In this document: in pieces, positions 46,745 to 56,921 of the stretch
Position numbering within the stretch: position 1 is the stretch's first letter
Layout: every line of letters begins with the position of its first letter
Assembly: GCF_027921745.1 (NCBI RefSeq)
Contig: NC_079238.1
Span: forward strand, 1,674,001-1,738,000
Source: Schizosaccharomyces osmophilus
Taxonomy: Eukaryota
Direction of reading: 5' to 3'
Length of the DNA stretch: 64,000 nt
The notes under the pieces: model-generated
What the model saw: only the letters and a program-made list of their open reading frames with translations
Told to the model about the DNA's origin: nothing
Databases searched by the model: none
Program-made: the position numbers and the translations under genes

Positions 46745-47262
46745 TGTTTTTTTGCGTTGGTTGGTAAAGGAAACAAATACTGAAGGGTATTATGACTTTT
46801 CATACACCTCACCCCCACATTTTCTTGAATTTAGGTATTTTGGTATCTGCGTTTGTATAAAGAAAATCAACTCTTAAAATACATGAATGTATAAAAAATA
46901 AATAACATTTTTTGAAATAGATTAATTTCTTGTATTTTTGTATTTTACCAATTTGACCTGAAATTTCGATTCTTCAATGTAAACAAAACCACTATTCTCG
47001 AGAGTATCGGCTGGTACTGCCTGAAAGCTCTAAATTTACTGGGGTCTCTTGCGGTTTAGAGTTATTGCAATAACTTATAAGCATAACTGTTTTTAAAGGC
47101 TTGTTAACATTCTGGATTTATGAGTGCATACTAGATTTTTGCTCCTAATTACTGCGTTTGTTAACCTACATCACCAAAAATATATATTTACATTGTTGTA
47201 TATTTTTAATTAAAATATATTTGGTTTATTTATGAAACAATCCTGACGGATTTTCCGGTTCC

Positions 47263-47281
47263 TTTTTTTTTTTTTTTTTTT
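47263..47281 (+). repeat. Poly(dT) 19-mer in the syb1-sen1 divergent spacer
   Basis: Seen directly. Confidence 0.85.
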
Positions 47282-47420
47282 GTTTCGGTTTTGGGCTGGT
47301 GGAATACTTGCATACTCATACGTCGAAAGAGTTTACTTTTTTTTGCTCTCCTATTTTGGCTTTACTTTGAAGATATATCAGATAACTTTGCTAGACAAAA
47401 AGGTCCATACGTTGTGGAAC

Positions 47421-50400
47421 ATGGCTGAATCAGATGACCAAACTTGTTTTGAAAAGTTGGTCCTTTATAAAAACGCACAACATTGGTTTTGCTCTGGATT
47501 GCTTGACCAATATATTCGTCCAATCTTCTTATGGATGGCTAAGCAGCCTTCCCCATGTTTTGAATGGGTACTGAAGTGTTACGATGAGCGGTTGTGCGGT
47601 TGTACCTCTTGCATTCAATCATTTTATCACCTGAGGGATGAAGCTTTGGCGAAATTTTCGTATCTTTATTCTGGAGATTCTATGGCAACCCTAGAAAGAC
47701 GTTGGGACGACTGGATGCTTGATAGTACACTTTCCAACTTTAAAAACGTGGAAGAAACAACACTCGATTTCACTGCCCTTCCTTCCTTGGTGTTCAATGT
47801 CTTCCTCAATCCTCGTCTTATGAGAAATCAAGAGGCATATTGCCAAGCATTAAATGGATTTGCTGATCTTGTTTCCGACTGGTCTTCTGGCGTTTTCCTC
47901 CCTGGATTTTTTGTCATGTTTTTTGAAGAGACTTACTCTGAAGTCCATGAGTATATTACCGATTTTCTCAAGAAAACAGAAAATCTTCATTTGACCTCTG
48001 AAGTTTTTGACGACGTCTTCTCAATAATTTTATACCAGCAAACCGATGAAGATAAATCTTCCCTTCTCTCACCCTGTTCTTCTGAGTTTTGGAAGCGTGC
48101 TTCTACGCTCTTTCAGCTACTTCCGCTCAATTGTGTCACAACTTTATGTGAATCCCACTTCCGTGATTTTTTTATCACCGAACTTGAGGATGAGGCTTTT
48201 TCGGATGAGAAGTTTGCTTGCTTAAAAATTTTTTCCAATTCTCCTTCTTTTTGGTTCGCATCCGACATTTTTGATCAATTAGAGGGTTATCTTCAAAAAC
48301 TGTTGGCGAATGTTACAGTCGTCGATGACGTTAATGCTTCATCTTGTGGATGGGCTTATGTGTTGGCTTCATTATTTAGATTTTGTTTGAACGATTTTGT
48401 TCTGATCTTCCCCTCTTGGCTAAAAACTTTTGTCCATGACGACAAAGTTGTTGATTTTATCATCTATGCTTCATTCTATGCTTTATTTGATCTTTTATCA
48501 TTAGATAATAGCTCCCCACATTCCTTGAATGAGGTTTTGTTATTGATTGACAACAAAAATATCAATCTTTTTAGTCAAGAGTCGGATTACTTGAATAATC
48601 TTAAAGTTCGGTCCCTACTTTATGACATTTTATTCATTAGTTGGGCTCATAAAGCTCTTACTAAAGATCCGTCCTTTATCTTTGATCCCACTTACAAGGT
48701 GTCTCCATTTTGGAATTCGATTGATTTCAAGGATGTGAATTATACAAGTCGATTCTTTGAAGGATTATCAACCTGCTACTTTGTTCATGACATTGAGCTT
48801 TCAGAGTCAACCACGCCTGAAAAGTCTGTGGTTTTGTTCTCTGAAATATGGCAAACCTTATCAAGTCACATAAGCTCATTTTTACAGTCTTTTTCGCAAA
48901 GGGACTCTCCAGAAGTGGCCAGCTACATGCAAAATGACTTGATTTTTGATACCGTTTTGGGATTTTTACTATCACCATCTCAACAACTCTATGCTGACGC
49001 TTTTCGTATTTTCCAGTCGTTTTTTGGAAAAGTTAAAAACAAGAATGAAGTAATGAAGAAGCTAGTTGAAGATCATTTCCGTGGCATTGTTCACGGACTG
49101 GTTGATGCATCCCTTCATTGGCAGTCAGCTTTCACATTTTTTCCCGCTCTTCGAATAATGCGTTTTGTCAGCAATATTAACAAATTGTTTTCAACCAACA
49201 ATAAAGTTTGGAACGAAAATGATTTATCAACTTTAGGTGCTTACTGGCAATGTGTTTGGAATATTTTAGACCTTGTTCACTCGAACGTTGCAAGGTGGTC
49301 ATTGTGTAACTCAAACGATACCGTCAAAGCATCGATGAAGTTAGCTTTGAAATTAAGCATGGACCTTTTTCAAAATGATGGTCTTTTCATAAAGTTCCTT
49401 GCCAAATTCGATGGTTTAGTTTTACTTGGTGAAACAAGTGATGCTCTATTTTCGTTAACTACCTGGCTTAAAATTAATGATTTAGAAATGAGAGAGCAAG
49501 TTATCGACAGTTTGTGTATGCTTTTTGTTAAATACTCAAACTTTGATTATCTATTTGAAGATCGTACTATAAATTTCTTGACTGATTTCATAATTAGGAA
49601 GCAAAAAGCACATTTATCGGCTGACCAATGCAAACGCCTCGCGGAAGTGATTGTTCAAGCAAGTCCTGAGGCTAAAAGTATTTTGGATGAAAACCGTCTT
49701 GCAGAAGCTCGCAAGACTAAAAAACAAACCGAATTGGTTAGCGGTAACCAGTTCAACAAAAAACCGGAACCGCCAAAGAGAGAAAAGACTCAAAATGTTT
49801 CTGCACCGACTGATAAAAAAACTTCTACTCCTCGTATGAAAATGTTGGATCAATTACGACAAGAGTATATTGCGCGTCGTGCTGGTCATTTTGCTGCGCG
49901 AGATGCAGCCGTGTCTTCCAGAAAAGCAACATTCGAAAACCAAAAGCCCCCCACCAATTTATTGACTGAGCAAGATTCTGATAATGAGGAGGTCGATGAG
50001 AGTGATAGGAAAGAAGGATTGTTTTCACTAGCTAAGGCTAACAAGGTACCTGAAATTCGTCAAGCGGAACGTAGGCAAATACAGCTTTTGTCTACACCCA
50101 AAAACCAATTACATCCTTCTCAAGCACGAATACTATCTAATCGAAATGCAGCTAATACAAAGGCTCGTCTATTTCCTAACATGTCTGAATTTTATAGCGA
50201 AATTTTGACATGGAATCCCAGTTATGAAGCTGCTTCTCCTATACTGAAGTATCATAAATCTGAAGGAAAAATTGCTGATACATTCAGAAGTATTGACCAA
50301 TATATGGATGTTTTGCAGCCTATGATTTTCATGGAATGTTGGAGTCAAATCCAGGCTACCAAGAAGAATTTGAAATTTTCCCCTGTAGAGGGTATTATGA

Positions 50401-52490
50401 TTCAGAGAACGGCTGTGAATAACTTTGTCGATATTGGGATTTCAGTAGCCCCCAAAGACCTCTATGGTTATCCGCTTTTTGATACTGAAATTGTCTCTCT
50501 AGCTTTTTCAAGAGAAGAAGCACATTCCATGAAGGGTCTCTGTTGTTTTGCTAAAATTGAAAAAATCGTCCGACAAGAAAACGGAACTTTGGTAATCGTG
50601 AGGACTCTTCCAAAATTGGAAATGTTAAATAAGCTTCAAGGAAATGTACCTTTGTATTTCTTGAAATTAACAAACTTATCAACGTTCACTAGACAATATG
50701 CTGCAATTCGAGGATTGCCTTATTATCATATGGCAGATGATATCGTTCAAGCAAAACCTTGTTCGCAACCAATTAAACATTCTCCTAGCGAAATCAAAGG
50801 AGCCATGAGCCGTTACCAAGTTAACGATCCACAGGCAAAAGCAATTTTGTCTTCCCTGGACAACAGTGGCTTTACTTTAATTCAAGGTCCTCCTGGTACG
50901 GGTAAAACGAAGACAATTATCGGTATCGTCACGGCTTTATTAGTTGATTCAAATCGATATCATATTACTCGGCCCGGTGCTCAAAACAGTAGTACCGAGC
51001 CTAAACAACAGATGTTGCTATGTGCTCCCAGTAATGCTGCTGTTGATGAAGTTTTACTTCGGTTGAAACGCGGTTTTACTCTTAGCAATGGCGAACATTA
51101 CGCTCCGAAGGTTGTTCGTATTGGTAACCCTGAAACAATAAACGTTTCTGTACGGGATACTTCATTAGAATATCAGACAGAAAAGCAACTTCTTGAAGTT
51201 AACCAGGGAGCAGTAGACCTTGGATCTCTCCAGGAACTTACACGTTGGCGTGATGTTTTCTATAACTGTATACAGAAAATCGAGGACCTCGAAAAGCAAA
51301 TAGACGTTGCAAGAGATATGGAAGAAGATACGAAAGCTTTGGGTCAAGAATTACAGAACAGCATTAATGAGAAGAATTTAGCAGAGCAAAAAATTGAGGA
51401 GTTCCAAAGTCAGAGTTTTACGAAAAACAAAGAGGTCGATCATTTGCGCAAAAAGGCTCAAAAAGCTATTTTGAAACAGGCGGATGTTGTTTGTGCTACT
51501 TTATCTGGTAGTGGTCATGATTTAGTTGCACACAGTTTTCTAAACTTTTCGACTGTTATCATTGACGAGGCAGCTCAAGCCGTAGAACTTGATACTATTA
51601 TACCCTTACGTTATGGTGCTAAGAAATGTATTCTTGTTGGTGATCCTAATCAATTACCACCGACAGTTCTGAACCAAAAGGCTGCCAGTTATAATTACTC
51701 CCAATCACTGTTTGTTCGTATTCAGAAAATTCATTCCGAACAGATGTGCTTATTGAGTATTCAATACCGTATGCATCCCCATATTAGTTATTTCCCTAGT
51801 ATGAAGTTTTACGATTGTCGTCTTAAAGATGGAGAAGGAATGGCTGAAAAGACAAAGCAAGTTTGGCATTTAAATGGTCAATTTAGTCAGTACCGATTAT
51901 TTGATATTCGTGGCCAGGAAAAAATATCTACAACGTCATCTTCATACAATGTTGAAGAAGTTGGATATGTTGTACAAATGTATGAAAAATTGGTTGGATC
52001 TTTCCCGGATGTCAATTTTACGGGTAGAATTGGTGTAATTACCCCATATCGGCAACAACTGCATGAGTTGCGCAAGGCATTCAAAGAAAAATATGGAAAA
52101 ACTATCATGTCCTCTGTTGATATTCAAACTGTAGATGGTTTCCAGGGTCAGGAAAAAGATATTATCATCTTCTCATGTGTCAAAAGCTATTCTAAATATT
52201 CAATTGGTTTCTTGAGAGATTATCGTCGTCTTAATGTAGCCTTAACTCGTGCAAGGAGTTCACTCTTTATTGTCGGAAACTTGGAAACGCTGAAGACAGA
52301 TGATTTGTGGGGAAGCTTAGTTGACGATGCCCTACGACGTAAACTAGTCGAAAGTCCTCATTTGGGCTCTGATGGACAATTAATTCTTGTTAAAAATTCT
52401 AGTGAGAAGCGCCCAAGGCCAAAAGATTTTGAAGAATCTTCCGACAAGAAACAAACTATTTCGAACGGCGTTTCTGAAACATCAGGATAA
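47421..52490 (+). CDS. sen1: Senataxin-family SF1 RNA/DNA helicase, ~1689 aa
   Basis: LIQGPPGTGKT, CAPSNAAVDE, IIDEAAQ, VGDPNQLPPT, QYRMHP, TVDGFQGQEKD, RRLNVALTRAR; first ATG at 47421. Confidence 0.95.
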   Translation: MAESDDQTCFEKLVLYKNAQHWFCSGLLDQYIRPIFLWMAKQPSPCFEWVLKCYDERLCGCTSCIQSFYHLRDEALAKFSYLYSGDSMATLERRWDDWMLDSTLSNFKNVEETTLDFTALPSLVFNVFLNPRLMRNQEAYCQALNGFADLVSDWSSGVFLPGFFVMFFEETYSEVHEYITDFLKKTENLHLTSEVFDDVFSIILYQQTDEDKSSLLSPCSSEFWKRASTLFQLLPLNCVTTLCESHFRDFFITELEDEAFSDEKFACLKIFSNSPSFWFASDIFDQLEGYLQKLLANVTVVDDVNASSCGWAYVLASLFRFCLNDFVLIFPSWLKTFVHDDKVVDFIIYASFYALFDLLSLDNSSPHSLNEVLLLIDNKNINLFSQESDYLNNLKVRSLLYDILFISWAHKALTKDPSFIFDPTYKVSPFWNSIDFKDVNYTSRFFEGLSTCYFVHDIELSESTTPEKSVVLFSEIWQTLSSHISSFLQSFSQRDSPEVASYMQNDLIFDTVLGFLLSPSQQLYADAFRIFQSFFGKVKNKNEVMKKLVEDHFRGIVHGLVDASLHWQSAFTFFPALRIMRFVSNINKLFSTNNKVWNENDLSTLGAYWQCVWNILDLVHSNVARWSLCNSNDTVKASMKLALKLSMDLFQNDGLFIKFLAKFDGLVLLGETSDALFSLTTWLKINDLEMREQVIDSLCMLFVKYSNFDYLFEDRTINFLTDFIIRKQKAHLSADQCKRLAEVIVQASPEAKSILDENRLAEARKTKKQTELVSGNQFNKKPEPPKREKTQNVSAPTDKKTSTPRMKMLDQLRQEYIARRAGHFAARDAAVSSRKATFENQKPPTNLLTEQDSDNEEVDESDRKEGLFSLAKANKVPEIRQAERRQIQLLSTPKNQLHPSQARILSNRNAANTKARLFPNMSEFYSEILTWNPSYEAASPILKYHKSEGKIADTFRSIDQYMDVLQPMIFMECWSQIQATKKNLKFSPVEGIMIQRTAVNNFVDIGISVAPKDLYGYPLFDTEIVSLAFSREEAHSMKGLCCFAKIEKIVRQENGTLVIVRTLPKLEMLNKLQGNVPLYFLKLTNLSTFTRQYAAIRGLPYYHMADDIVQAKPCSQPIKHSPSEIKGAMSRYQVNDPQAKAILSSLDNSGFTLIQGPPGTGKTKTIIGIVTALLVDSNRYHITRPGAQNSSTEPKQQMLLCAPSNAAVDEVLLRLKRGFTLSNGEHYAPKVVRIGNPETINVSVRDTSLEYQTEKQLLEVNQGAVDLGSLQELTRWRDVFYNCIQKIEDLEKQIDVARDMEEDTKALGQELQNSINEKNLAEQKIEEFQSQSFTKNKEVDHLRKKAQKAILKQADVVCATLSGSGHDLVAHSFLNFSTVIIDEAAQAVELDTIIPLRYGAKKCILVGDPNQLPPTVLNQKAASYNYSQSLFVRIQKIHSEQMCLLSIQYRMHPHISYFPSMKFYDCRLKDGEGMAEKTKQVWHLNGQFSQYRLFDIRGQEKISTTSSSYNVEEVGYVVQMYEKLVGSFPDVNFTGRIGVITPYRQQLHELRKAFKEKYGKTIMSSVDIQTVDGFQGQEKDIIIFSCVKSYSKYSIGFLRDYRRLNVALTRARSSLFIVGNLETLKTDDLWGSLVDDALRRKLVESPHLGSDGQLILVKNSSEKRPRPKDFEESSDKKQTISNGVSETSG

Positions 52491-52879
52491 GTTTACTTTA
52501 GGAGCGAAAGATCCTATACCTCTCACATCTGGAATTAGCTTACTGCTCTGAAAGATTTCTTTCTGAAAAGTGCTGAACGCATACGTTTGGAACTATGCTA
52601 TTCGATTTAGACACTGAAAAATGTGGTAGAGATTATCTACATATGGCAAATAGACTTAGACAATTAAACCAATTAAGACATTAACGATTACCATGGGGAA
52701 ATGTATTCTTTAATCTTCATTAACTTTGAGCATGGAATTTTACTATGGTCAAATATTAGTCTATAATTCATAATTGTACTATGCTTGTTTATTATTGCAA
52801 TTATTTGACAATAAATACACATAAAATAGTGTATTAATTGTCAAATTCCATTAATTTACATCCCGTCAGTGATGGGTTT

Positions 52880-52898
52880 AGGGTAGGGTAGGTGACTG
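52880..52898 (+). promoter_or_regulatory. Homol E (AGGGTAGGGT 52880-52889) with adjacent Homol D variant (GGTGACTG 52891-52898)
   Basis: About 90-110 nt upstream of the rpl24 ATG; Homol D has one mismatch. Confidence 0.85.
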
Positions 52899-52987
52899 CA
52901 CTTTTAAGTGTTCTGTGAAGACGTAGTGTTGTTGGTAGTGAACAGTTCGACGAACTTTTTTAAAGACCCTTCCCAAAACAAGCCAAA

Positions 52988-53437
52988 ATGAAGGTGGAAA
53001 TCTGCTCATTCTCCGGTGCTAAAGTTTACCCAGGAGCTGGAAGACTCTTTGTCCGTGGTGACAACAAGGTTTTCCGCTTCGTAAACAAGAAGTCTGAAAG
53101 CCTCTTCTTGCAACGCAAGAATCCCCGTCGCTTGTCTTGGACTGTCCTCTACCGTCGTATGCACAAGAAGGGTCTTTCTGAGGAATCCGCCAAGAAGCGC
53201 TCTCGCCGTACTGTCAAGCACCAACGTGGTGTTGTCGGTGCTTCTGTGGATGTCATCAAGGAAAAGCGTAACCAACGCCCTGAAGTCCGTGCTGCTGCTC
53301 GTGCTTCCGCTTTGAAGCAAGCCAAGGACAAGAAGACTACTTCTAAGTCCGAGAAGAAGGCTGGTGATGCCAAGTCTTCCGCTGGCGCTGCCCGTGGTCA
53401 AGCCATCAAGAATGCTAAGGCCGCCGCTGCTCAATAA
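52988..53437 (+). CDS. rpl2401: 60S ribosomal protein L24 (eL24)
   Basis: [16 protein letters not shown] and [20 protein letters not shown]; paralog number by synteny. Confidence 0.97.
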   Translation: MKVEICSFSGAKVYPGAGRLFVRGDNKVFRFVNKKSESLFLQRKNPRRLSWTVLYRRMHKKGLSEESAKKRSRRTVKHQRGVVGASVDVIKEKRNQRPEVRAAARASALKQAKDKKTTSKSEKKAGDAKSSAGAARGQAIKNAKAAAAQ

Positions 53438-53708
53438 AATGAACGACAGCTTTATAGAATAAGATGACATTCTGTACATTTAGAATGCAGTTACTGCAAA
53501 AACTATTATATAACTAGAAACACCAATAGTAGAAGTGTATCTCTTTACATATTTTACACTAAGTCCGTTTGAGTTTCTAAAATACAATCAAAACTTTCTA
53601 CCATATAGCTCCCGTATTTTTCATAAACTCACAATCTCATTGATACACTGAAGTATCCGTCGTCCATTGATCGGAAAAAGAATGACTTGTGGGTAAAACT
53701 AGCATAAA

Positions 53709-55284
53709 CTACTCTATGTTTTTAGCCTGATAAAGCAAAATATAGGCACTGTCTGCTTCACCACCACCATCTAATGATTCAATCTTTTCTGCGGGTACAG
53801 TGCTGACTCGGGAGTCATTGAAACGGAACCACTCACTGTGCTGATCAGGATTGCGAATCCAGGCTTGGTAATGTCCAGAAGAAGCACTTGCACCTGAATG
53901 CGACAAAACACCAATCAAATCGTACAATCCAGTAAGATTAGCGCCGTCATCCTCACTTAACTGTGGATCCACTAGTGATTGGCATGTTGCAATTTGTGTT
54001 AGTCTACGCTCTGTCTCTGATTCTCGCTCTTCTTCCGAAGGCTGAATCTTGATCCGCTTTGTGTTCCGTTCTTGCTCCTCGTCATTCTTTTCGATTTCCC
54101 GCAGTTTATCACGGACAGGAATTAGTTTTTGAGAAAGCTCAGGAGAGCAAAATTCAACGGCATCTAACTCAAAAGGGAATTTAACTTTACGAAGAATCTT
54201 GGCTTTTTGGCCAAGAGACGCTTTCCAGTAAAAGCGAACAAAATTTACGGTTAAATATTTGGGCAAGCGGGAGATCCGTGAGACTTTGTTGTACAAAGCA
54301 TCACGATTTAATAAATCACTTCGCTTGGTAAGTTTTTGGGTTAATCCTTCCAAAATGCCTTGAGTCATGTAGTTTGTATGCATCGAAATATGGCATGGAA
54401 GGCTAAGGAAGGTATCTTGAGAGACTGTAGGTTCTTCATTTTCGTTTTCATCACATTTCATTGTAGACGTGAGTTTTCCAGACATATTTTTCTGTACCCA
54501 TTCTGAAGATAATGAACGTTGCAAAGAAGACAATAAGAATGACCAGCATTCTTCAGCATCTTGTTGGGCATACCCACCTGTTTCTCGGCTCATTTCAGAA
54601 AATTGAGGGTATTCTAAACGTAGATTCTAATATTGATAAGTCAGTTGAAATCAAGAATAAGGTAGTCGATGCTTTTTCATACCTGAAGAAACCGAACGGG
54701 GGTTATAGAATTAGTGGAATCCATAGAACGTAAAAGACTGGAGAATTCACCAACGACACCAGAAGAAGCGTTTGATTTTTGAACTGCTTCTTTGAGCTCC
54801 GGAATCGCACGTAGCATTTGGACTGTGGAATTCATATAACATGTATTACCCAAATTTACGAGTCCAGAGGGGTACTATAGTAATTGTTAGCTATCAATCA
54901 GCATGGTTTGGAGTTTAAGGCAGAAAAGAGCCCTTTTTTTGGGATAGCAAGTGTCCTAAGTATATCTTCAATAATCGTTACACATACCTTCTCATCATCT
55001 GAATCTGAACCATGATCTACAGCTGCTGTGGTAATGGGTATTGGAATATTCGTTACTAATTCACCCGGAGTGCCCATCATCATAACTGAAGCATTCGGCT
55101 TCAGGCCAACGTTTTTCATAAATTGGTCATCTCTCAATTGCCCACCTTTAACAATAATCTTCTGTCGTTCAGGAGGCACCTGCGTAAGAGCTGACATCTT
55201 GTTTTTTAAGGAAATACCAGTATCTTCGGGATCATATTCGACATTATATGTTTTTCCCTGCCAACGAATTGTTACAGGAACCAT
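53709..55284 (-). CDS. ubp6: Proteasome-associated deubiquitinase Ubp6/USP14; introns 54875-54987 and 54627-54682
   Basis: N-terminal UBL domain; Cys box GLVNLGNTCYMNS in exon 2; QQDAEECW; His box SGHY and WFRFND. Confidence 0.96.
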
Positions 55285-55538
55285 GATTAGGAAATATACA
55301 ATTCAGGGAAAGAAGAAAACAATCAATCGACGCGCTTTGTATAAAAGAGATCTAAAAACAAACTGAGTCGTTGATATTGGGAGACTCAACAAATGTCTTA
55401 CCTAAAGTCAAAGCCGGTCGCGCCGCGGTTGCTTCCGCGGTACTGCCTACTTGGAAGGAAGAGTACGAGCCTACGCAACTGAGACCATAAGAATTACAAC
55501 TTTTACCATATAAAAAGAAACAACAGACTTAGGAAATC

Positions 55539-56320
55539 ATGGTAAGATATTTGATTCTTATGTGAAAGAATTATAGAAAGCTAATGAGAATCGTCTAGTC
55601 TAATACCTTACGACCTTATTTAAACGCTGTTCGCTCTACATTGACAGCGTCATTAGCATTGGAAGAGTTTTCGTCGGAAATTGTGGAGCGACAAAGCCAG
55701 CCAGAGGTCGAAGTTGGGAAGTCTTTAGAGGTCCTTTTGAAGCCGCTTGTTGTTTCCCGAAACGAACAAGAGCAATGCTTGATTGAAAGTTCGGTGAATA
55801 GGTACGGTTTCTACTTGTAAACATGTCTGTGGGTTGATTCAGTGGTTTTCTATAATTTACTAGTCAACAAAAATCCCCATTTATGGAATGAGTGCGTTTG
55901 AGGTCGGTTAACTAATCAATTGTAGTGTACGTTTCAGTATCTGTATCAAACAAGTTGATGAAATTGAGCGAATTTTGGTACACAAGTTTATGCAATTTTT
56001 GATGGGGCGTGCAGAATCGTTCTTTATCTTGCGTCGCAAACCCGTTCCGGTATGTTGCATGGCAAGCGTTAGCTTTCTTAGTTTAGAGGGCTGACATCGC
56101 TTACTTGACAAATTTAGAAAGAATACTAACTTTCTTGAACTAGGGATACGACATTTCTTTTTTGATTACAAATTACCACACCGAGGAGATGTTGAAACAC
56201 AAGCTCGTTGACTTTATCATTGAGTTTATGGAAGAAGTAGACGCTGAAATAAGCGAAATGAAGCTTTTCCTGAACGGTAGAGCTCGTCTTGTAGCGGAAT
56301 CTTACTTAAGCTGTTTTTAA
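55539..56320 (+). CDS. arc4: Arp2/3 complex subunit ARPC4, 168 aa; introns 55542-55598, 55802-55925, 56050-56143
   Basis: Absent from the ORF track; spliced product [16 protein letters not shown]...[28 protein letters not shown]; first coding exon is the ATG alone. Confidence 0.95.
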
Positions 56321-56921
56321 GTTCCGTTTCTTCTTTTCTGTAGAAAAATCATTTTTGCCTTCTCTTTTCTTCTTGTCTCGTTCCTCCCAATTCCTGTCTT
56401 CTTCTTTTATTTTCTAAACTCGCCGCTTCTTTTTATACTTATGCATACATACATGCATACATGACGCTTTCCTACGTTCTGAAACTTTCGTATGATGAAT
56501 CTATGAACGACTCCAAAAAGTCGTATTTCATATAAACCAAGTGTTCCTTGCTTCACCTTGACTTTTGATCCTTGCAGCTTCTTAGTAGTAACATTTTAGC
56601 TGTTCGTAAAGCTCCATTTCAATCTATGTATATACATCTATGCAAGCCTTCCTTTGCACACTGTGTGTATCGTATTCAACTTTTAATCATATAACGCGTC
56701 GCTACGATACACTATATCTCTTTGTTTGGGTTGGAATGTTCCTCATAAATTATGGTAAATAAAGGAAACTAGTGTTTTCGACTCTTTTTCTCGTTTTTCT
56801 ATTTTCAACATAAGTATATTTTCATCTCTTCTATCCAACTGTGGTTTTGGGATAGTCAGAGTAGCGTTTCCTTTGGTAGAATTAATGCATCCGAACCTCT
56901 TGTAACTAAAATCGTGATCCC

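Noticed and set aside
47280..47420. 47-aa hydrophobic extension of Sen1
   Set aside because: Begins at a TTG in a poly(T) tract; this is UTR or promoter sequence
53006..53479. 157-aa antisense ORF over rpl24
   Set aside because: Codon-bias artefact, as for rps6
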